From Octopus vulgaris (taxonomy: Eukaryota): 64,000 nucleotides of DNA. The notes beneath the pieces are model-generated. The model was not told the origin of the DNA and made no database searches. It was given only the letters and a program-made list of their open reading frames with translations. The stretch's first letter is position 1. Each line of letters begins with the position of its first letter. Made by a program: the position numbers and the translations under genes. Shown here one piece after another: positions 55,331 to 64,000 of this stretch. The stretch lies in contig OX597828.1 in NCBI GenBank assembly GCA_951406725.2, positions 55,552,001 to 55,616,000 on the forward strand, written 5' to 3'.

Positions 55331-58180
55331 ATGTAGTTACTTACTGGTACACATGTTTCAAAAGATTCACCGATCGAATATTCCGTAACTTGAAGGTGCA
55401 AAATGATGTTCAGAGTTTCTTTTCGTCAGGTATTTGTCTATTTGTTGCTTTCGAGACACTGTTAATTGTTTCGATTCAAACAATTTCATTCTGATAAAAG
55501 GTGTAGCGTGTTCCATCGAATTATGAACAAATCTAAATGTCGAAAACAAGATGTAAGGTTGGTACACCTATTTAGTCGACTTTACTTTAAGTGGTAACAC
55601 CAAAAAGGAATTTAACAAAAGGAAAAAGTCATCGAAATACCGAAGATTTCCTCGAAGCTATTTCACGAAAGCAAGTTATGCCAAATTGCGTTCTGATTCT
55701 TAGGTTTAACTCCATCTTATGAAATGCTCGTGGCCTATGAAAGGTTCGCTCATCATTTCTGATGGTCTTTTCACTGATCAGAGGGGATAATATCTCTAAT
55801 TACTGCCCAGTTTTTTTTTTATCTCTTATCTGAATTTGTCCACTCAGATAAAAATAAAAAAAACCTTCTTCATAAATTTTTTTCCTGCACTATATTTAAC
55901 AGGATAAATGTGTTTTCATTATGCTTACTTTGCTTACAATGGCCCATTAAAAGTGATGACAGCATCAATTCATGGCATTCATCTTCCTCAGCTTCCAGTC
56001 CTCACTAGGTACTCAGTCCCATACCACCTTTCTGAAAATGAATATTTATGTTAGCATCATTTGGAAAACGTAGACATTATCTCTATAATCAACTGACCTC
56101 TGTACTTGAATCTGTTTTGCTTCGAGCCATACGTCAAAACTCGATTATAATAAACTGGGTACTCTAAATGATATAAGTAGAAATAAACCGGTAGGAATAT
56201 GTGAATAATTTATGTATGATTATTTCATAAAAGATTAGCTTTTACTTTGTAATTACTAAGATGGCAGAATAGTGTGAAAGATCCTTTCGTGGAGATTTAT
56301 TAATTTTGTCTTTAAAATATTTATGATCTTATGTAGTGTCTTGTGCTTGGACATTATTAGTTTGGACTGTGTTAAAGTAAAAAGGATTATGATATTTTCA
56401 GTTGCAGCAAAGAACATAAAAAGATAGAGTTGACGTACGAACTCATCACATCCTGAATCTCTCATCATCCTTCCAAGAAATAGACACAGAAAGGAACATA
56501 CCGAACTTGTTTTCGCTTGGATATGGCTCTCTATATAATGTTACGCACGTACTAATACAAGAAATTGAATTATTACAACTAAATCGTCATTATGATCAAA
56601 TTAATTTCCTCTTAAATCGATAACATTTTGTGACAATTAGGAGGTTATCCAGATAAGGTAGAATTTGTGTGATGACAGTGCATCCTACTGAAAGTAACAA
56701 GCAGACTGAAAATCGGTGTGATTTGTCCACCCCAAAAGATAATGAGCCATGTACACACGAAGCCGACAGTATAATGAATTTTCTAGATAATTTGTGCCAC
56801 ACCGTTTTATTCGAATTCCAATAGACGCTGAAAGCTACTGTAAAAAAGAAAAAGAAAAACATTAACCATATTTGTCTATTTTAAGCAAGTGGTTTTACGA
56901 TCTGACGGGAGGGACATGATAATTTCATGCAATTGTTATAACCATGGAAACTGCCGAATATCCACAAGACATCCGAAAGGCATACACACACAGACACACG
57001 CACACAGACACACACAGACACACAGACACACACACACACATACACACACACACACAGACACACACACACAGACAAACACACACACACATACACACACACA
57101 GAGACAAACACACAGTGTTGGGGAGCAGGTCTCTTGCTACTCTGGAAATCCACTTGGGTATCCATATACGAAACTTGGGACTATATGCATAAGTATATAC
57201 ATACAAGAATACACACTCACGTATGCATTTACGTACGTACACACACACATGCATATATGTGTGTGCTTGTGTCAGCAAAGTACTTAGTTCTAAAATCTCT
57301 ATAAAATTTGTAATTAGTAACAACTTAAAAGTAATGTTCGTTGCGACTTCAAAATGTTTGTTCCGTACGGTTGTATATATATATATATATATCAAAATTT
57401 AGATTCAAATGAATATGGTACATAAGTTAGATGCACCAGAATTTTGTATGGTGTTATCCATATAAATCCATGGGGTGATTATAATCAAAATAAGCAACAA
57501 GAATAACTTCGGTAATTTGATAAAAAAAAATTTGGTACGATCGTTTCACGCTACATCATTTTATTAAATGTTGTAAGTATTACAACAGTTTTAAAATGTT
57601 GAACAATCATCAGCCATTAATAGAGGTTTTCCATTGATACATAATTTTCATATGTATTAATATATATATATATATATATATATTATAATGTACTGAATAG
57701 GCTTTAATCTGAATCACTACACTTGTTTCAGTGCGTTAATATCGTTGGTAATTGTTAAGTGTTTCATATATTATGTACATGATTGCATTAATGTGATCTA
57801 AGAATGGCTATATACCTGCATCTTATAAAGGGAAGTGAGTTCAAGAGCACTCAAACACTTCTCTCTAACCCAATCACATGACCACGTGCAGGTACAAAAC
57901 TGTTCTTGGATCATAATTAATACAACAGTATATATATGTGGAACGCCAGCAATTATCAGCTGATACTAATGCATAGAAACAATTATAGCGATTTGGATTA
58001 AATCCAGTTCATTCCATCTTCGTGTATTATAAAGTTTTATTCGAATTCTGTGGGTAGTAACGGGTTTCTATATATAAATCTCGTAAAAAGAGAATTTCTG
58101 ATGTGTGGTACCATATGGTAGCCAGTACTCAGGGTGGATCTTAGTAAAAAAAGATGCTATAAATTCATTACCCAGAATAC

Positions 58181-58213
<33 letters not shown>

Positions 58214-58304
58214 TGTATGTATGTATGTATGTATGTATGTATGTATGTATGCATGTATGCATGTATGTATGTATGTATGTATGTATGTATGTATGTATGT
58301 GTGT

Positions 58305-59365
58305 ACAGCGGTTGGGCAAAATAATGAAAACACATTAAAATATATTTTAATATGGGGTAGGACTGCCTTTGGCAGCAATTACAGCTTGAATTCTACGAGG
58401 TATGGACTTGTACAAAATTTGAATTGTTTCCAAAGGAATTTTTGTCCATTCTTCAGCTAAAACAGTCTCCAGTTCTTGTAGTGATGATGGTGGAGGATAT
58501 CGACTCCTTACTTGCTTTTCTGAAATGCACCATAAATGTTCAATAATGTTGAGATCTGGGAACTGTGGTAGCCAGATAAGATGTTCAACAACACAAGAAT
58601 GTTCCTCGCACCATTCAGTAACAACTTTATCTGTTTGAATTGGTGCATTATGAAAGGTTGCGTTTCCAAACCATAGAATGAATTTGATAAAATAAAATGC
58701 CTAAAATAGTCTTGACTAGTAATTCTAACATGAAGGGAAACCATTGGGCCGGCGGATTTCCAAGATATAACTTCTCCAGATCATCACAGATCCTCCTCCA
58801 TGTTTAAAAGTTGGAAGAAGGCAGTCTGGGCAAATGTTTCTTTTGGCTGCCTCCACACGCATACTCGGCCGGTGGTCGGAAATAAGGTAAAGGATGACTC
58901 GCCCTAGAAAATAACATTCTTCCCTTCATCTAGGGACCAATTCTGTTGGTTTTTTACTCCACTCTAAACGCTTTGAAACGTTTGTTTTTGAAAGTAGTGG
59001 TTTTTCTGATTGCAGCCCTCACGTGAAATCCAGCTTCGTGCAGCTCCCGGCGAACAGTTTTTGCGGAAACTGAGTTCTCGAGAGGTCATTAAGCTCTACA
59101 GTAACTTTGGGAGCTGTAAGTGTCTGACGGTCCCTTTCTGAAAGTTTTGGTCTTCTTCCGGAGTTTTGTTTCGACGGGGAGGTTTTCCCCTCTTTCTCAA
59201 AGGTTGTTATTACTTTGAGACAGTACTTCTTGATACACCAAACATTTCGGCTGTTTTCTTTACGCTAGCGCCTACCATATGAGCACCAACAATTTCACTT
59301 CTTTGAAAGTCCGATAGATCTGTCACTTTAATGAATTTTAATTACCTTTTTCTGACGATATAAAA
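58305..59365 (-). mobile_element. Tc1-like transposon fossil, internally deleted
   Basis: rc encodes DLSDFQRSEIVG..SGRRPKLSERD, KHGGGSVMIW, PDLNIIEHLW and SIPRRIQAVIAAKGSPTPY*; TA|cagcggttgggcaaaataatgaaaaca terminus. Confidence 0.9.
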
Positions 59366-59473
59366 TAATAATTTTTCTTATAGAAAAATTATTATTTTAT
59401 ATCGCCAGAAAAAGGTTATAGTTAAATATTTAAATAGTTAAGTAGTTAAATAAATAATATATGTTAATATATG

Positions 59474-59655
<182 letters not shown>

Positions 59656-59691
59656 ATTGTTTCGAATTTGTGTGAATGTGTATAGAATAGT

Positions 59692-59828
59692 ATCATCATC
59701 ATCATCATTGTTCAACCGTGGTCGAGACAATGGAATTTACCATGCTACGCCAGACTTCACGGTCCATCATGGCATTACGGAGGTCCTGTTGCTGGATGCA
59801 TGTATCCCTGGAGATTACATCGGGGTAG
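59692..59828 (-). mobile_element. RTE-like LINE 3' end with (GAT)n tail
   Basis: rc [40 protein letters not shown] then tgatgatga. Confidence 0.7.
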
Positions 59829-60221
59829 TATATTAGTATATAGTATATAGTATATTGGTTAAATAGATTTAAAACACAGTCTGGTTTTCACGGTATTTTA
59901 AAAGAATTAACATTTTCATACACAGTGTACTCATCAGATTTCAAATGTGTTTTACTGTATATTTCTTGTGATCAGTCATCCGTTATATAACAGTAACCTC
60001 ATTGTAAAGCGGGTATATGTAAGCTTGAGATGGAAACCATTTGAGAGGTTTGTTTCAGAGATTGCGCCCCCTCCTCCCACACATGAACACACACCAAAAG
60101 GTCATTTATTTGTTTCACTAATTCGTCTCAATCCAAATTACTTCACTGATTAATCGCTTTAGCTAGGTCGCAAACTAGACAAGGTCATAGAGTTAGAAGG
60201 CAAAATGTTTTGTTTCATATT

Positions 60222-60982
60222 CATATCTTTTATCTTTTACTCGTGTCCGTCATTTGATTGGTGTCATGCTGGGGCAATGCCTTGGAAGGGTTTAGTCGAA
60301 GAGATCGATTGCAGAATTTATTTTTAGGTCTGGTACATATTTATCGGTTTGCTTTGCTAAACATATAGATTAATAAAAAAATAAATGCGTCCTTTTTAAA
60401 TCCTAGCCAGGTTCATGGGCCCGGTTTCCCGGTTTCTATGGCGTATGTTATCCCCAGCTGGACAGGACGCCAGTACATTGCAGCGTTATTAATTTTTGCC
60501 AGCTGAGTGGACTGGAGCAACGTGAAATGAAGTGTTTTGCTCAAGAACACAACGCGTCGCCCGGTCCAGGAATCGAAACCACAATCTTACGATCATGATG
60601 CTGACACCCTAACCACTAAGCCACGCGCCTCCACAAACATATAGGTAACGAGGACATAAAGAAAACATGATCGATTTACACGGTGTGCAGAGTCATGTTA
60701 AAAACACAGGAACAAAGGTACATATACATACAGACATACACACACACACACATCGACTCACACACAAGCACTCACACACACACATGCACACATACATTCA
60801 TACACACACACAAACACATATGCGACGGGCTTCTACACTTTCCCCCGTACCAAATTCGTTCATAAGGCATTCGTCGACCAGGGGCTACAGTAGAACACGC
60901 TTGCTCAAGTTGGAACGGAGTGAGATTGAACCCAAATCACATGGTTGAAAAACCGAGCTTCTTAACGACACACTCGTGCCCG
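60222..60982 (-). mobile_element. SINE of the 52811 family interrupted by a younger SINE
   Basis: Tail 60222-60368; resumes ~60645 through the head at ~60820-60982. Confidence 0.7.
60369..60634 (-). mobile_element. tRNA-derived SINE (head B, V-like segment), nested, with 10-bp TSD
   Basis: rc gtggaggcgcgtggcttagtggttagg..gtttcgattcc; TSD aaacatatag at 60359-60368 and 60635-60644. Confidence 0.85.
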
Positions 60983-61249
60983 CGATTGTGTTGTGAGAAT
61001 AATATTCAATTCTTACCATGTGTACGTTTGAGTTCGTGTATGCATGTGAATATGTATGTTGTTATAGCATAGACATGATCGAATGTATAAGACTTACCCT
61101 TAGCAATCATGGTATCCAAAGCGCCATCCTGCCGCATCGCATCTTACGTAAGTGGCTTTTGTCAGATGCTCGAGACAATCCGAGCTTTATCAGTGAAAAA
61201 TTATATAAAGGCCAAAAGCACAAAAAGCAAAACCCAAAGATAAACACAG

Positions 61250-61298
61250 GTGAGGGAACACCAAAGTGAAGGAACACCAAAGTGAGGGAACACCAAAG
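61250..61298 (+). repeat. 16-bp tandem repeat x3
   Basis: gtga(g/a)ggaacaccaaa repeated three times. Confidence 0.9.
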
Positions 61299-61480
61299 AA
61301 GGTGTACTAGTTTGACGTTCAGGATTTAACGGAAGAAATCTATGACATTTCGAGCCTATGATCTTCTACAGAAATGTATGAGCAAAGAAAACAGATAGGG
61401 TGATGGTGGGAGAGAGAAAACACACAGGAAGAACAAAAATTGAGACTGGATTAAGTGTTGCTCAAGAAAAGACGTGTAGC
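61280..61480 (-). repeat. Degenerate copy of the hammerhead-like repeat family
   Basis: gacatttcgagcctatgatcttctacagaaa. Confidence 0.55.
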
Positions 61481-61927
61481 GACCCGGCGATGGGATCTAC
61501 GATTTACTCTTGTTACATATTGTGTTAAACTGATTCGGCCAGTTTGAGTGTTACTTTAGGTCACTGATGCCATAAAAATACTCAGCCCCTTACATTTTAA
61601 TTTAATGCTCTTACCCGCTCCATCATTGGCTCATATACATTCTGTTATCGTGGTTCTTTAACCCCAGGTCAAACGTAAGTACAACTATGAACAAAGACAT
61701 TTCCCAATGACGATTCCGTAAGGGTATCATAGATTTATTTTATATTGCCTGTTGTAGGGATTTTACTACTTTTTACAAGAAGTACCGGCTAAAGACTTTA
61801 TGTTGTCACTCAACTTGCGAGAAATAGAAGCTAAATTTTTCTCAAACCATGCCCTACGATTAAAACAAAGAAACGGCACACACGATATTGTACACGTAGA
61901 TACGAAGTCTTAAAAATGCGCTCGAGA

Positions 61928-62290
61928 TAGGTGCAGCCATGGCTGTACATTTCAAAGTGTTCTCTTTGAAACCTCATGGTCTTGAGCTCAATCCCTTTGA
62001 GCGACGCAAAACCTTTTGAGTAAATTTGGAAGTCGTAAACCGTGGATGTCAGTCATACGTACATAAGTGTGAACATGAGTCTTTGTGCTTGTGTACGTCT
62101 CCCTACCACTTGACAAACGGTGTTGTTTTGTTTACGTTCGTCTAACTTACCGGTTTAGCAAAGACACCAATAAATTGGTACCATGCTTAAAATAAATTCT
62201 GCGGTCGATTTGTTCGACTAAACCTATATATGGCAGTGCTCCTGTATAAATAATGTTTAATGACTGAAGCAATCAAAAGAATAAAAGACG
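61928..62290 (+). mobile_element. Degenerate SINE of the 52811 family
   Basis: accacttgacaaacggtgttg..gtcgatttgttcgactaaa..aatgactgaa. Confidence 0.6.
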
Positions 62291-62489
62291 TGTTAGCGCC
62301 CGGAAGGCCATAGAGTTGACATTAAACCAATGTATCAGTCTCGCATTAACCAGAGCGTCTTTATATATTCACTCGAGCAGTTCGATTAGGATGCAAAACA
62401 TCTCTGAAGTCACACACCGATTTAGGATCATCGGATATATTACAATACCATGGATTTGCGCCTGGAAACTTGCTCTTCAAGACTCACGC

Positions 62490-62720
62490 GTTATCTTTTC
62501 TGTTATCTTTTACTTATTTTAGTCATTGGACTGAGTCTATACTGGGCCACAGCATTCTAGAGATTTAGCCGAACAAATCGGCACTAGCATTGGCTTTTTT
62601 AAAGTCTGTACTCATTCCATTGGCTTCTTTTGTTTAGCTGCTAATTTGTAGAGACGTATACAAAGCAACATCGGTTATCGGGCGATGGGAAGGAAGGCAA
62701 GCACAAAACACCGCTTCACA
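62490..62720 (-). mobile_element. SINE tail half (52811 family)
   Basis: tcttttacttattttagtcattggactg..tttagccgaacaaatcg. Confidence 0.6.
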
Positions 62721-62729
62721 AGTATATAT

Positions 62730-62760
<31 letters not shown>

Positions 62761-62762
62761 CG

Positions 62763-62809
<47 letters not shown>

Positions 62810-62837
62810 GTATATGTATATATATGTATATATATAT

Positions 62838-63020
62838 AGGGAGAGTTTACGAAAAAAAAAAACAAAAGACGAAGACAGATGGTGTACAAAACAAACATAT
62901 GTATTAGTATAACGCTCAGGAATAGAAAAAAGGTTTTTTACGTTTCGAGCCTACGCTCTTCTACAGAAAGGAGCACAGAAATAAACAAAGAGGGAGCATA
63001 TGTGTGTAGTGGCTAAGGAT
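62838..63020 (-). repeat. Short interspersed repeat with hammerhead-like motif, next to (TA)n
   Basis: Copy of 20052-20262; rc ctttctgtagaagagcgtaggctcgaaacgtaaaa. Confidence 0.65.
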
Positions 63021-63370
63021 TCACTATAGCTAGTTAACATCATCGACAACAGAAGAAACGATATATAATGTTTGACTTCCGTCAAATATTTTATATGAAA
63101 GCAAACAAACGGTGAGAACAGAAAAAAAAATTAAACATTGTAAAAAACAAGAACAGGCAACCATCAAGAATTAACACATAACTAAAAGATGAATGACTTA
63201 GCAACGCAAGATTAATAATTGTCTGTAATACAAAAGTAAAAAAAAACCCCAGAAAACACATAACAGTTTATGGGATGAACCGATTTTCTAGGATTAAAAC
63301 ACGATTAACATTTGTATACAATGTAATTAGTATAGAGGATTAACCCAAATCTGTATTTCTGTCTCATTTG

Positions 63371-63481
<111 letters not shown>

Positions 63482-63574
63482 TGCATGTATGTATATATAT
63501 ATATACGTATGTATATATAGATATGCATATATATATATATATATATAGATAGATAGATATATAGATAGATATGC

Positions 63575-63662
<88 letters not shown>

Positions 63663-63771
63663 CTATATTTAATATACACGTGATCAAGCATGCACACAGA
63701 ATTTTTTTAAAATGGTGCCTATACATATCTGTCTGTCTGTCTCTCTCTCTATGTACCTATCTATCAAATTT

Positions 63772-63804
<33 letters not shown>

Positions 63805-64000
63805 ATCTATCTATCCATCTATCTACCTATCTATCTTTGCTTGCGCGCGCACGCACACAAACACAACACACACACAATTTACGGGATTCCACACAGTTTC
63901 TTAATAGAAAAGTTCCATTCCATCCATAAGGCAGCTAACAATATTCACGCACACGCTCACGACAAGATGCACCCATCTATACATATGTTCATATGTAGAT

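Overview
AT-rich, microsatellite-saturated eukaryotic (metazoan) non-coding DNA. The SINE families and repeat landscape resemble an octopus/cephalopod genome (inference, not a database match). No intact host protein-coding gene, rRNA, true tRNA or CRISPR array is supported, and most listed ORFs are translations of simple repeats. The window is a mosaic of tRNA-derived SINEs, 5'-truncated non-LTR retrotransposons (R4/Dong-like, Tx1/L1-like, RTE-like), mariner/Tc1 fossils, non-autonomous Helitrons, MITEs and foldback elements. Main leads: (1) a Tx1-like LINE whose four copies all abut (TCTA)n, plus a SINE subfamily carrying the same ~42-nt 3' end, a candidate SINE-LINE partner pair; (2) R4/Dong-like LINEs sitting in (TAA)n and (CATA)n, suggesting microsatellite partitioning among families; (3) a near-perfect recursive-splice-site motif (pyrimidine tract-CAG|GTAAGT) at 33100/33101; (4) three minimal hammerhead-like motifs sharing a non-canonical core base; (5) several long inverted repeats. 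All alignments were done by eye and boundaries are approximate.
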